64,000 nt of DNA, from positions 49,538,001-49,602,000 of the forward strand of contig OZ024744.1 in NCBI GenBank assembly GCA_964016885.1, written 5' to 3'. Made by a program: the position numbers and the translations under genes. The stretch comes from Eledone cirrhosa. Taxonomy: Eukaryota. The notes below the pieces were generated by a model. That model had not been told where the DNA came from. It searched no databases and saw nothing but the letters and a program-made list of their open reading frames with translations. Positions 13,461 to 28,707 of the stretch are shown here, in pieces (the first letter of the stretch is position 1; each line of letters opens with the position of its first letter).

Positions 13461-13701
13461 GTAATTCAAAATATAACGAAGGAATATAGCAGATAAAAAT
13501 CTTTGGTGTTTAAATCAGAGACAAGAGGGCGGCTGGTATTTTAACTACTTGTAGCTGTGTCAACCGCCCTCAAGTCAACGAGATCTTGAGGGCGGTCGAC
13601 GCAGCTTCAAGTTGCTAAAATACTGGCCGCCTTCTTGTCTCTGATTTAAACACCAAGGATTTTTATCTCTATATTCCTTTGTTATATTTTGAGTTACCTG
13701 A
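13457..13701. repeat. Fold-back palindrome, about 117-bp arms, 10-nt loop
   Basis: caggtaattcaaaatataacg...ccgccctcaag / cttgagggcgg...gttatattttgagttacctg; about 11 substitutions and 1 indel. Confidence 0.92.
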
Positions 13702-13750
13702 TGATGTCACCGGATTCATACTGAACCCGGTCATTGAAATGATCGTAGTA
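13695..13750 (+). ncRNA. Minimal type I hammerhead ribozyme motif
   Basis: UAC-CUGAUGA-stem II (accgg.uuca/ugaa.ccggu)-GAAA-UGAUCG-UA-GUA; stem I only 3 bp. Confidence 0.6.
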
Positions 13751-13914
13751 TAATAAACCTTTCATATATATATATAAAAAACATGGGAAGAAAGAGGAAA
13801 ACTGCATGGTTGCACATGGGTTACATATTATAAAATTAGTCCCTCATCAGTGATTTGCCAACCATCATTGGTATTTCATCACATATAATTTCACACATAT
13901 ATATATGTTTATAT

Positions 13915-14739
13915 GGAAACATGGAAACAAGTACCACCAATCTCTGGGAGGGCTCTGTAGAAACAGTAGACAGCTTCTGCTACCTAGGTGACCGAATTAG
14001 CAGCGGAGGTGGGTGTTCAGAAAGTACAATAACTAGGGTAAGAACAGGATGGAAGAAGTTTAGGAAACTACTACCACTGCTAGCTGCAAAAGGCTTCTCC
14101 CTCAGAATGAAAGGCAGACTGTATGATGCGTGTATCCGAACAGCAATGTTGCATGGTAGTGAGACCTGGGCGCTGAAGGTGGAAGACTTACGTAGATTAG
14201 AGAGAAACGAAGCCTGCATGCTCCGATGGATGTGGAACAGTAATATACGTGAACGACAAAGCATAAATGAATTGAGAGAGAGACTGAGCATAAGAGGAAT
14301 CAAATGCTGTGTGCAGGAGAGGCGGTTGTGCTGGTATGGACATGTGATGAGTATGAAGGATGACAGCTGGATAAAAAGGTGCAGAGCACTAGAAGTTGAT
14401 GGAAACCGCAGAGTGGGGAGACCCAAGATGACCTGGGATGAGGTGATAAAAGCCGACCTTACCCAATTACACCTCTCAAAGGCAATGACACATGACCGTG
14501 ACCTCTGGCGTCACGCAGTGATACAGAGTACCCGACCTCCCATGGGTACAAGCTGAAGCATATAGACAATATGCCCCCATGTTAGGAAGGGCATCCAGCT
14601 GTAGAAATCAAGCCAAATCAGTTCCTGTATGAGCAAGGCATGGTCAGCCGACCAGACACTGCCCACAACAGGACAACCCGTCTAACCCATGCTAGCGTGG
14701 AAGAACGGACGTAAAACGGTGATGATGATGATGATGATG

Positions 14740-14740
<1 letters not shown>
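13915..14740 (+). mobile_element. RTE-clade LINE 3' fragment, well preserved
   Basis: ORF 13855-14556: VDSFCYLGDRISSGGGC...LYDACIRTAMLHGSETW...GRPKMTWDEVI; (GAT)n tail. Confidence 0.93.
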
Positions 14741-15177
<437 letters not shown>

Positions 15178-16072
15178 CGAAGGAATTGTGGTAAGGAACC
15201 AGATGGACCATAACACACCAAAGTACTCAATACTTAGGGTAGTAGAGTGAGTAATAGGAACAAGTATGCCATCGGGGTCATACTTGTTCTTATATATATA
15301 CATATATATATATACACATATATATATATTCATATATATACATATATATATACTTACATACATATATATATGGTGGCTGCCAACTCGTTTTCGAGTACGG
15401 CCACTACTTTATATCCATGTAGGAGAACCCCTACCGATGCGCTGAACGAGACTTTTTAGTCCAGCCACCGACTTGAAAACTCTAGCACAAACACCCCACT
15501 TGTGACCATTATTGACATATAGTGCTGGGCCCATGGTATATGTGATGACAAGTGCAGAGATATCTCCAGATATAAAGCAATGCCTGTGCCGTGAAGCTTT
15601 TATAGTGAGCAAAGGCACTGCACAAAGCCAGTCCCACTCTCTTAACCAAGATGATATTTACCAAAAAGAAGAACAAGTCAGCATCATTGGATACCATCAG
15701 GGTTGCAGGTGTTATATCAGAGTTTTCCTTCTCCTAGAATTCTGCCTTGACAAAGGCTAAGGGGTCATCTCTCCCTGTGATTTTGGATGGCCATTGACTC
15801 TTAAGAGCTCCTTTGCCCTTTGACAGGTCTTGTTTTTAGTCCTGCAGGATGTCCAAAGTCACCCTCCTCACCAAGAAACCTTGGTGGGGTTGCCAGTTTA
15901 GTCGCCAACGACCCGACCATGAGACAGGTTGTACTGGGATACATGTTACCAGTAGCACCAACTGGTGACCTGACATAAATATATACATATATATATACAC
16001 ACACATATACATACATATATATATATACTTACATACATATATATATACACACACATATACATACATACATAC

Positions 16073-16138
<66 letters not shown>

Positions 16139-16363
16139 GCACTCACACATATAGAGGTAGTTGAGACATGATCACAGCTTGAAATACGTGCACCTAGACT
16201 ATATATATTTATTATACATAAATATACTCTATAAACGTTGATGTACACCCCCACATATATATATATATACATTTATATATATCTATACATACATAGCTGG
16301 CTGTACTTAAAACACCAATACCTCTATAGATAGAGAGATATTGATCAGAGATCAATGACATAG

Positions 16364-17972
<1,609 letters not shown>

Positions 17973-18089
17973 TTGGGGGGATGTTTGATACAGTTGGTGT
18001 GTTGGTAGTGTGGCATGGTATTAGTACTACTAGTTTTTCCACTGGCAGGCTGACTATTGACGCTACTAATTCTACCAAAAACCAGCACT

Positions 18090-19270
18090 GGTTCTATGGG
18101 TTCCTATTTAAATTAAAATCTTCCAAAATGATTTCATATACGAACGAAATGTTAAATTACTATCTTAGTAATGAATTAATTAATAATATTAGTAAATCTT
18201 TCAGAAAGCTGAGTTCATTTTTTTAATTCAATATCTTCCAACATAATTTTATATAAAAACCTTGTCTTATGTTACTCTCTTAGCAATCAAATAATTAATA
18301 ATTTTAGTAAATACTCCAAATTCTTCATTAACCCTTTTGATACCAACCTATAGAAAACCTGCTCTGCTTCTCTGAAACAAAACTATCCACTTTAAAAGGT
18401 AGTTATTTAATTTTATACAAGGACCATATGTTAGTAATGAAAATTATTAAAAATTCTTCCTTGACCCTTTTAATACAAAACTAGTTCTGCTTCTATAAAA
18501 CAAAACTAGCCACTTTAAAGGTTCCACTTAAAATCTTTTATTATCAACCTAGCTTTAAAGATTTATGATACAAAACTGTTCATTTTAAAATAGATATCAT
18601 TCTATTAAAACCTTCCATCCTAACATTATTTTAGTAATCATTGTTAAGTAATATTCTAAATATCAGTTTACTTATGAAAAAGTTATTTCATAAAATTTCT
18701 CTAAATGTTTGGTTATTCTAAAGATTAATAGAAATACATATGTAGTGTATTTCATGAGAAATATGGAAATAAAAGGCTTAAATTAAAATCTTCAAACATA
18801 ATTCTGAAATCTTTAATTATATGAATAAATCCCTCAAAATTTTTCATTAAAAATACATGCATGAAAAGGTTAAAGGGATTCTAGTTAAACTGAAATATTT
18901 AAAGACAATTTTATGCCAGAACCATATACGTTAAGTTACTATCTTTGCAAAGAAATCATTAATAATTTTACTAAATCACTCAAAATTCTTCATTAATTAA
19001 TGGAAACAGTGTTCATATTTAAATTAAAATCTTCCCATATGATTTTATATATTAACCATATATTAAGTTTCTATATCAGTAATGAAATAATTAATAATTA
19101 AAAAGATACCTCAAAATTCTTCGGTAATTATTTCAAATACAGTGTTCTTATTTAATATAAAATCTCCCAACAGAGTTTTATATAAGAATCATTATAACAT
19201 AGTGAATTAGTAACAAAATGATTAAATCACTTAAAATTCTTCATTAATTTTCATATTTCATATATAAAAC
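18090..19270. repeat. Degenerate AT-rich tandem repeat, period about 120-130 bp
   Basis: Recurring ttaaattaaaatcttcc and aaaattcttcattaa motifs. Confidence 0.55.
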
Positions 19271-19574
19271 CCATCCATACTTACCAGACACTAAGCACAA
19301 CTCAGAAACAAACTTTAACTATTTTGTAACTGTATTTCTAATGAAATAAACTAAATTTCCATTGGTTAAAGAAGAATATATAAATATATATTATATATAT
19401 ATACACATATGGTATGGAACCGTAACTCCTGAGGGAGTCGTAGGGGCGCCATATTGACATCTTTTAAACCTGGCAGAGCTCATCTCCTCTCCAGGTCTGA
19501 ATACAGTGGATGTCTTCCAGAGAAGGATAGATAGAGTGAGAGAAAGGAAGTGAGAAAGAGATATAGAGGAAAAA

Positions 19575-19715
19575 TCGACCCCAGTACTTGACTGGTTCTT
19601 TTTTTTATCGACCATGAAAGATGAAAGGCAAGTTGACCTCGGCTGGATTTGAACGCAGAGAGGCGGGGGCTGGAATGAATACTACAAAACATTCTATCTG
19701 ACGTTTTAACGACTC
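19575..19715 (-). mobile_element. SINE family B copy, diverged
   Basis: tttatcgacc...gatgaaaggcaagttgacctcggctggatttgaac. Confidence 0.7.
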
Positions 19716-20875
19716 ATTGTTTTAATGTCTGCATTTCCTACCAGCAAGGTGTGTACAAGGCTCCTAGACAGGCCAAGGGGTATGCATCTTGCTTATTTAC
19801 GCTCTCCCTTTTACTGAGTGCACAGGAGTGATTATCATGTCTTTAACACAACTGAAGGATTCTCCCAACCCTTTGTTTAGCAAGCTATCTATAGCTGGAT
19901 GCTCTTCCTATAACCAACCACTTTACAGCATGTACAAGGTACTTTTATCATATAGATCACCAACACTAGAGAGGCTGTCATGTCATTGACTCGACTGAAG
20001 GGTCCTCCCAACATTTTATTGGGTAGGCTTTCTACTGTTGAATGCCTTTCCTATCACTACACTTTACTGCATGTACTGGGTGCATTTACGTGTAGATCAG
20101 CAACACTAGAGAGGTTGCTGTACTATGGCATGACTGTAAGGTCCTCACAACTTTTTTTTCATGGAAATAAGGACACCAGTGCTAGAAATGGGAAGTATAC
20201 TGAAGGAGAGAAGAGCTAAGGAGTGATAGTGAAGCAGGCATGGATCGAGTGGGGGCATGTAGTAATAGTGAGATATGCATGTGTGTGTATGTATCATCAT
20301 CATCACTGTTTAACATCTATTTTTCCACGCTAGCATGGGTTAGACAAGTTGTCATGTTAAGGGCAATGCCAGGTCAGGTGACCATGTCTTGCTCATACAG
20401 AACTGATTCTAACAGGATTTCTACAGCTGGATGCCCTTCCTAATGCCAACCTCATTTACAGTGTGGTCTGGGTGCTTTTTGCCATGACACATACACAACT
20501 ACTTTACAGTGTGGACTGGGCGCTTTTGTTGTGACACTTACACGACCACTTTATAGTGTGGACTGGGCATATTTGTCATGGCTCCAGGGGAAACACTTTA
20601 TGGTGTAGGTTGGGGATTTGGGTGGAGATGGGAAAGATGCCTGGGGAATTAGGGAGGTAGGTATAGTGGGGGGATGATTACAGCAAGGGGAGTGTATGGA
20701 AAGGCTGGTTGTACAGCCGGTCCCTCTGTTGTGTCGACATGTGACACTTTCTTCTTCCCATGCATTCTCCTCATTCAGTAATCTCTCTCTATATATGTAT
20801 GTATATATATATAATATATATATATATAATATATATATACATAATATATATATATACATATATATACATATATAT

Positions 20876-21750
<875 letters not shown>

Positions 21751-21834
21751 TGTGTGTGTGTGTATATATATATATATGTAGTTGGGTGTATATATATATG
21801 TGTGTGTATATATATATATATGTAGTTGGGTAAG

Positions 21835-21965
<131 letters not shown>

Positions 21966-22319
21966 GAGCGGCACAGAAAACCTGTTGACGAAATGGCTAC
22001 CTTGTTCGATCGTTATACCAAAAGTTTACAACGAAAGCAGACAGTATATTTCAGTTAGGAGTCACAGAAACCTCCCATTGGATTTTACCAACACTTTCCA
22101 GGAGGTCGAGGTAATTTTTTGTTAACCTGTTTAGCTTGTTTCGTTTTTTCGGCTACGGTGGCTGATGGCTTCATGACCACTGTTTTCATTTTATCTGGTC
22201 TTTATAATGAATGTCAATTGCTCTGGTTTCTTCTTAGTCCATTGAGCATATCTCGAGGATTGCGTTTCGTTTTGTTTTGGCCACCACCGAAATACGATCT
22301 CGCTGAAATTATATACACA

Positions 22320-22373
<54 letters not shown>

Positions 22374-22531
22374 TACATACATACACACATGGGGGCTGCC
22401 AACTCGTTTTCGAGTACAGCCACTACTTTATATCCATGTAGGAGAACCCCTACCAATGCGCTGAACGAGTGTGACTTTTCAGTCCAGCCAGCGACTTGAA
22501 AACTCTGGTACAAACACTACACTTGTGACAA

Positions 22532-22615
<84 letters not shown>

Positions 22616-22617
<2 letters not shown>

Positions 22618-22950
22618 AGGCACATGGCTTAGTGGTTAGAGCATTGGCCTTGCAATCAAAAGGTTGTGAGTTCAATTCTCAGACCGGGTGATGTGTTGTT
22701 TCCTTGAACAAGACACTTTATTTCACATTGCTCCAGTTTACTCAGCTGTAGAAATGAGATGATAGGGACTGGGGTCCATATCATTCCACTGCAAAGTGGT
22801 CGTGGAGGTGCCACAGCAAAAAAGCACCCAGCACTCACTGTAAATGAGGTTGGTGTTAGGAACGACATCCAGCTGTAGAAATCAAGCCAGAATCAGTTCC
22901 CGTCCCACCCTTGCAAGCAGGGAAAAAGCGGACGTAAAATGAAATGATGA
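22616..22950 (+). mobile_element. tRNA-derived SINE family A
   Basis: Same sequence as 5511-5846. Confidence 0.9.
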
Positions 22951-23350
22951 TATATATGTGTGTGTGTGTGTGTGTTGCTGCTATTGTCAAAAATTCCACT
23001 ATGTTCACCACTAATTGATTTGACAGGTGTCAATAACCCATTGATACCAAAAATTCTTTAGCCAGAACCTGACAATTATCAGTCACTCATAAATTGTATA
23101 GATATATGCTTAGAATAAATGAACCCTTCAACAGTGTGGGTGTTCATGTGTATGTGTATGTGCGTGTGAATGTGATCATTGTCTTTTATCTATGTCCTTG
23201 TATTGTTGTGTATATATTTAAAAATAGTTTTTTCAAAAAATCCCTGTTCTTTAAAACTCCTTGGCCAATTACCTCCACCCTCCCCCAAAATGACCACCTT
23301 CCCTAACCACCAGAAAACATAAATACAACAGTTTTACAAGGTCAATCGAC

Positions 23351-23397
23351 TTTTCTGATGATTTCTTCTGAATGAAACAGTTCTAATTCTGTAGAAG
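23351..23397 (+). ncRNA. Type I hammerhead ribozyme motif, weak stems
   Basis: UUUU-CUGAUGA-U(UUC uucu GAA)U-GAAA-CAG[uucuaauu]CUG-UA-GAAG. Confidence 0.5.
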
Positions 23398-23413
23398 CCA
23401 TTTTATATATATA

Positions 23414-23866
23414 TATAAAGAAAAAAAGATGAAATCGAAAATGCAACTGGAGTCTTATTTAAAAAAAAAATATATATATTTATTTGGTTCCTTTACCGGT
23501 TTCGCAGTTCTTCTGCTTTCAAAAGTAGAGTTGAGATGGAGGGTCTGTGGTTTTTCTCACATCTGGTTGGTCTCTAAATGTTACTTGTTTTATATGGAAA
23601 AAGTGGCTCGAAATGCCAGGTTTTTATATATAATTTCAATCAAATTACTTCTCGAAAAACCTGGCATTTCGAGCCACCTTTTCCATATAAAACAAGTAAC
23701 ATTCAGAGACCAACCAGATGTGAGAAAAACCACAGACCCTCCATCTCAACTCTACTTTTGAAAGCAGAAGAACTGCGAAACCGGTAAAGGAACCAAATAA
23801 ATATATATATTTTTTTTTTAAATAAGACTCCAGTTGCATTTTCGATTTCATCTTTTTTTCTTTATA
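23414..23866. repeat. Near-perfect palindrome, 212-bp arms, 29-nt loop
   Basis: 23414-23625 vs 23655-23866, 2 mismatches; each arm carries a hammerhead-like motif (23755-23789 on +). Confidence 0.96.
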
Positions 23867-23921
23867 CTTTCACTCGTGTAGGACACCTCGGTTATTTTTC
23901 ATTTTGTAAAAAAAACCTCAC

Positions 23922-23983
<62 letters not shown>

Positions 23984-24184
23984 ATGTGTGTGATTGTAGT
24001 TTTCCTTGTTCAATACATATATATATATATATACATTATAAATTATATTGATATACAATAATTTTGACCTATATAAAATTATATATACTCTCAAGTCTTG
24101 AATAATCATCCCCATTAATTTTTTGAGAAAGTGTCTTAGAAATGGCACAAGTGTATTTAACACCACTGATGCTCAAAAAGAGCC

Positions 24185-24810
24185 CTAAAAATGTTATTAT
24201 AAGAGACTGATGAATGTAGAGAATGAATGGGAGGTAAAGGGACTACCCACAACCCACCCAACTGAAGGGCCAGGCATTGAAGTTGACAGTTATAGGGTTA
24301 AAAAACTAATCAATGAGATTAAAAATGGCAAAGCAGCAGACCATCAGAGATAACTGCTGAGATGTTAAAAACATTGGAGTCAAACTAGTAGCCCACGTTA
24401 TCAATCAAGTAATACAGGACTGAGTCATACCCAATGAGTGGTGCAGCTGTACAAACATAAATTGCTACAAGCGCAAAGGTGATGGCCTAGAAAGGAGCAA
24501 CTGTGGAAGAATAAAACTAATGGACCAAGTTATGAAAGTGTTTGAAAGAGTTATAGAGCAACTAATTAGAGAAAGAATCAAATAAGATGAGATACAGTTT
24601 AGTTTCATGCCTGGAAAAAGTAGTACAGCCGCCCTCATTTTAGTGAGACAACTGCAAGAGAAATTCTTAGCCAAAAATATGACACTATACCTAGCTTTCA
24701 TTGATCTAGAAAAGGTCTTTGACAGTGTACCTCAATCTATTATCTGGTGACTCTTAAGGAAATTATGTGAAGAGGAATGGTTATTGAGAGCAGTGCTAGT
24801 CATGTACAGA
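24185..24810 (+). mobile_element. RTE-clade LINE RT fragment, decayed
   Basis: EITAEMLK, NCYKRKGDGLER, LYLAFIDLEKVFDSVP. Confidence 0.85.
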
Positions 24811-24906
24811 GAAGTTTATATATATATATAATTGGTGTTGGATGCTTAAAGCGTCCGTATGCGGTAGGCTGTTTGAGCACTCAATGCCCTCGTAGAGCAG
24901 AGTATG

Positions 24907-25027
24907 ATATCACAGAAAAAGAGAGAATCAGTGTTGCGACGAATGGAATTTATTGGACATATTACAATTGTAATATGTCCAATAAATTCCTTTTGCCGCA
25001 ACACTGATTCTCTCTTTTCTGTGATAT
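24907..25027. repeat. Loopless palindrome, about 60-bp arms
   Basis: atatcacagaaaaagagagaatcagtgttgcg...attacaa|ttgtaat...cgcaacactgattctctcttttctgtgatat. Confidence 0.92.
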
Positions 25028-26193
25028 ATATATATATTTATTTTTATTAAGGCTAAAAAGAGAGTCTTTCTACTCCGGTGTTTCACCTGCTTATCACAGT
25101 GTCATCAGACAAGAACTAATGTTTCAATGGAAGACATAGTATAAATAAGGAAGACTTGGGGCTGGGGGAATGATGATTTAATTGAGAAGGAGTAATTAAG
25201 ATAGGATGGGGAGACTGGTGGTGGTGGGGGTGTGGGGTGGATGCTGTGTGGAAGAAGAAGGTGATAAAGGGTAGTAATGGGTGTAGCCATAGAAAAATAG
25301 GAATTTAACCATAGAAATTTATCTGGTCAGTGGATGGCAGGTGGTGAATGGGGAACTGAGTGTATAGAGGGCTAGTGAAATATGTTGTGGGATTGGCAGG
25401 ATAAAGGGGTGGATGGAATATACATATGTATACAATTATATGCTTACAAGCACATACATCTAAAACCACATAATATTAAAGAGAAATATTTGTTGACTGG
25501 TTGGTTCCTTAGCCCCTCACACAAAACAAAAATTAGCAATCGAAAAGTAAGCACAGCAATAGAATAAGGGTATATCCAGGAAGTTTTATAACATCAAAGA
25601 AGAAGAAAAACATCCCAGGTATGCTAACCAACCTGACTGCCATTTCTAGCAGGTTGGGAGACAACCATAAGGGATTCTCCCTTCGTGTTTGTTGTCAGTG
25701 CTGATCGTGTTTCACAGCCAGCATCTTCAATTCAAATGCTGCTTTACACACACACACACACACATATCTATATATCTAAAACAGAGAATATCTGTCTGTC
25801 TGTCTGACTCCCTATAACTCGAGAACCACCCAACCGATTGTTTTCAAACTTTACACATGTAATACTTATGGTCCTGTGAGTGTTTTGAGCAAAAATGATT
25901 TCAAATTTTCAATGCCCTAGGGACCGCATTAGGCGATTTAGTCATCTCGCTCTATAATTCTTAGTCTTTCTTTTAAGATAGATTCATAGATATAACGTTG
26001 CGCCCTTATAATATCTGTCTGTATGTCTGGCTGTCTGCATTACGACATTATGACGCTATATGTGTGTGTATATATATAGTGTGTAACGTTTTTCGAAATA
26101 TTTACTTCTGCATTCACAGATTGATTTTTTTAGTTTCAGAAGATCCCGCTAAGAGTGAAAGCACTGATTCTTTGCTTAAACTTTAATCTGTTA

Positions 26194-26239
<46 letters not shown>

Positions 26240-26327
26240 ATGTAGGAGGTGAGTTTTATTGTAGTACAATAAAGCAATGCAGATATCGGATAAGAAGCAC
26301 TCTACAGTTTGTAGGACTGGAGTATAC

Positions 26328-26668
26328 ATAATATAAGATCAAAAGATGGTTAAAGGAGTTCCATGTATTTTATTATGCGCATTTCAAAAACAAACATCAT
26401 CATGCAATAATATTTGTGTTTTCATCAAATAAAACAGGAGAACATGATATGAAGGCTAAAAAACACTTGTGGATAGTGCAGTTTTAAATCAACATATGAT
26501 ATGTTGATTTAAAACTGCACTATCCACAAGTGTTTTTTAGCCTTCATATCATGTTCTCCTGTTTTATCTGATGAAAACACAAATATTATTGCATGATGAT
26601 GTTTGTTTTTGAAATGCGCATAATAAAATACATGGAACTCCTTTAACCATCTTTTGATCTTATATTAT
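26328..26668. repeat. Near-perfect palindrome, about 169-bp arms, 3-nt loop
   Basis: Centre aaatcaacata-tga-tatgttgattt at 26497-26499; one mismatch seen, in the hammerhead core. Confidence 0.96.
26561..26629 (+). ncRNA. Minimal type I hammerhead ribozyme motif
   Basis: GUUUUAU-CUGAUGA-long stem II-GAAA-UGCGCA-UA-AUAAAAU; perfectly palindromic stem III hexamer. Confidence 0.8.
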
Positions 26669-27283
26669 ATATATATATATATATATATAATTATATATTC
26701 GTGTACAGATATTTTTGCATACACAATAACAAAATATTAACAAACGCATTTATTTCACGAGGCTCGATAAGGGTAAATATATAAGAAATATATAAGAACA
26801 CTAGGTCAAATCCCGAGCAACGCCGGGCCATTCTGCTAGTAATTATTAAATGAAAGAGAGATGTTTGTTGGTTGGTGTCTTCATGCATCATACAAAAAGG
26901 AAAACTGACAATCTCTCATGATAAAATTGATGTTATTTGAAATTGATATATGGCATATACGAATTAAGCTTTTTGAGGATATTGTTGTATGTTGTTATTG
27001 ACCTAATTCTGACAGTGTCAACCTATCCTCTAGGGCTGTCATATAAGATTGGCTGCTATTTTGCATCTATTTGTATTTTTATATTCCTTTGGTTACATCT
27101 TCATTACGTTAATTGGTTGGTGACGCGCGCCTCGACACTGATGTGAACCTAAACATTGAGCGCTCACCTGGGTGAACCTACAGTAACTTTGTGTTACTCT
27201 CCCTGGATATATATATATATATATACACAAATAGATTAAGTAGATTGAAAGTCAGTGTTACAACATATGTACAAACTTTATTG

Positions 27284-27371
27284 GCATATCACAATTGTTT
27301 CGATATCAATCAGCTCAGGGTAAAATCAAAATAACAGGGCCCAATCTTTTTCAATATCTCATTAGATATAC
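27284..27371 (-). ncRNA. Degenerate minimal hammerhead motif
   Basis: GUAUAU-CUAAUGA-GAUAUU...GAUAUC-GAAA-CAAUUG-UG-AUAUGC; stems intact but G5A and G at position 17. Confidence 0.55.
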
Positions 27372-27594
27372 AAGTTTATATGTGCAAAGACACAGCTAAA
27401 CTGTTAATGGAGGGGGTGAAGGAGGCAGAAACAGTAGGTTTACATTTAAAAACAAATTAAAAAGGTAAAACAAATAAAAAAGGTTAAGGGGGGGGGGTAA
27501 AAAGAATAACAAAAAGAATAAAATAAAAATGAAAACAGAAAATAAGAACATAAGGAAATGTAGTGGTAAAGAGTCAAAGATAAATAATAATAAT

Positions 27595-27765
27595 AATTGT
27601 TTCTACTTTTGACACAAGGCCAGCAATTACCCCAGTACATTACTGGTACTATATTTTATCGAGGCAAAGTTAACCTCAGTGGGATTTGAACTCAGAACAT
27701 AAAGGGCCATAATTATGCTGCAAAGCAGGGTGTCTGTCACTCTACCGATACTGTCAATCCACCCC
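27595..27765 (-). mobile_element. SINE family B copy with internal deletion
   Basis: Homologous to 5170-5357. Confidence 0.75.
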
Positions 27766-28159
27766 CTAATAATGATGATGATGACGATGATGATGATAGT
27801 GATAATAGTAAATAAAGGAAAAAATTAATGAATGGATAAATATAAAATGGACAGAAGGAGTAACAGTGAAGACAAATGAAAGGGGTCTGTTTTAGTAATA
27901 GAAAAAAGAGTATCAACATCAGCTTCAACAACAAACAATTGTCATTAAGGATGGTGGTAGTGGCATTTATAATGGCCGCCTAACATATGGCTAAAGCAGG
28001 TGCTTTTAGGCTAGTTATTTGTCCATGTGGGTCAGATCGGGTATTTTGCGTGTGATGAAAGTCTTTATGAGTGAGTTGGTATTACTGCCGACAACAGAAG
28101 CAGCTTCCAAATGTATATTTATATAAACATATACACCTACACATACATACACACACACA

Positions 28160-28641
28160 TATATACATATATATATATATGTTATGTTGGTACCACAACA
28201 TCCAGTCCGAAACAAATGAGGTCGTGTAGGTGTCACGACAAAAAAAAAAAACACACAGTCCACGCTGTAATGTGGCCGTGTAGGTAACACGGTAAAAAGT
28301 TCCCAGTCCACACTGTAAACGTGGTTGGTGTTAGGAAGGGCATCCAACCGTAGAAAACCTGCCAGACAGTCCTATACGAGCAAGACAACCAATCTTGCCT
28401 CAAGTGGGAAAATTCCCGTCCAAACCCATGCAAGTGTGGAAGATGGACTTTAAACGATGATGATGATGATATATATATATATATAGATATCATCATCATC
28501 ATCATCATCATCGTTTAACATCCATCTTCCACGCTTGCATGGGTTTGGACGGGAGTTTTCCCACTTGAGGCAAGAGTGGTTGTCTTGCTCGCATAGGACT
28601 GTCTGGCGGGTTTTCTACGGCTGGATGCCCTTCCTAACACC
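28160..28641. mobile_element. Two RTE 3' UTR fragments, tail-to-tail around (GAT)n(TA)n(ATC)n
   Basis: 28325-28470 is the approximate reverse complement of 28495-28641; matches the 3' UTRs at 33370-33673 and 56805-57078. Confidence 0.85.
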
Positions 28642-28707
28642 ATACATATATATATGTATATAGATACACATATACACATACATATAAACATACATACATA
28701 TATATAT

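Larger units (their letters stand above)
25767..26839 (+). mobile_element. Non-autonomous Helitron, same family as 31074-31868
   Basis: 5' TCtatatatctaaaacagag; 3' cccgagcaacgccggg hairpin then CTAG; carries a nested palindrome insertion. Confidence 0.85.

Noticed and set aside
15512-15760. 82-aa non-repetitive ORF
   Set aside because: No recognisable domain; flanked by repeats duplicated elsewhere in the window (15370 vs 22390)
15780-15975. Structured LINE-leader-like sequence, also at 62770-62925, with other leader-like pieces at 51590-51700 and 59590-59680; possible HDV-like ribozyme
   Set aside because: I could not build the nested double pseudoknot by eye; needs an RNArobo search
19410-19525. 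GC-richer island with TGGCGCCC (PBS-like) on minus
   Set aside because: No paired LTR or internal domain; motif too short
23429-23851. Identical N-terminal ORFs on both strands
   Set aside because: Consequence of the palindrome
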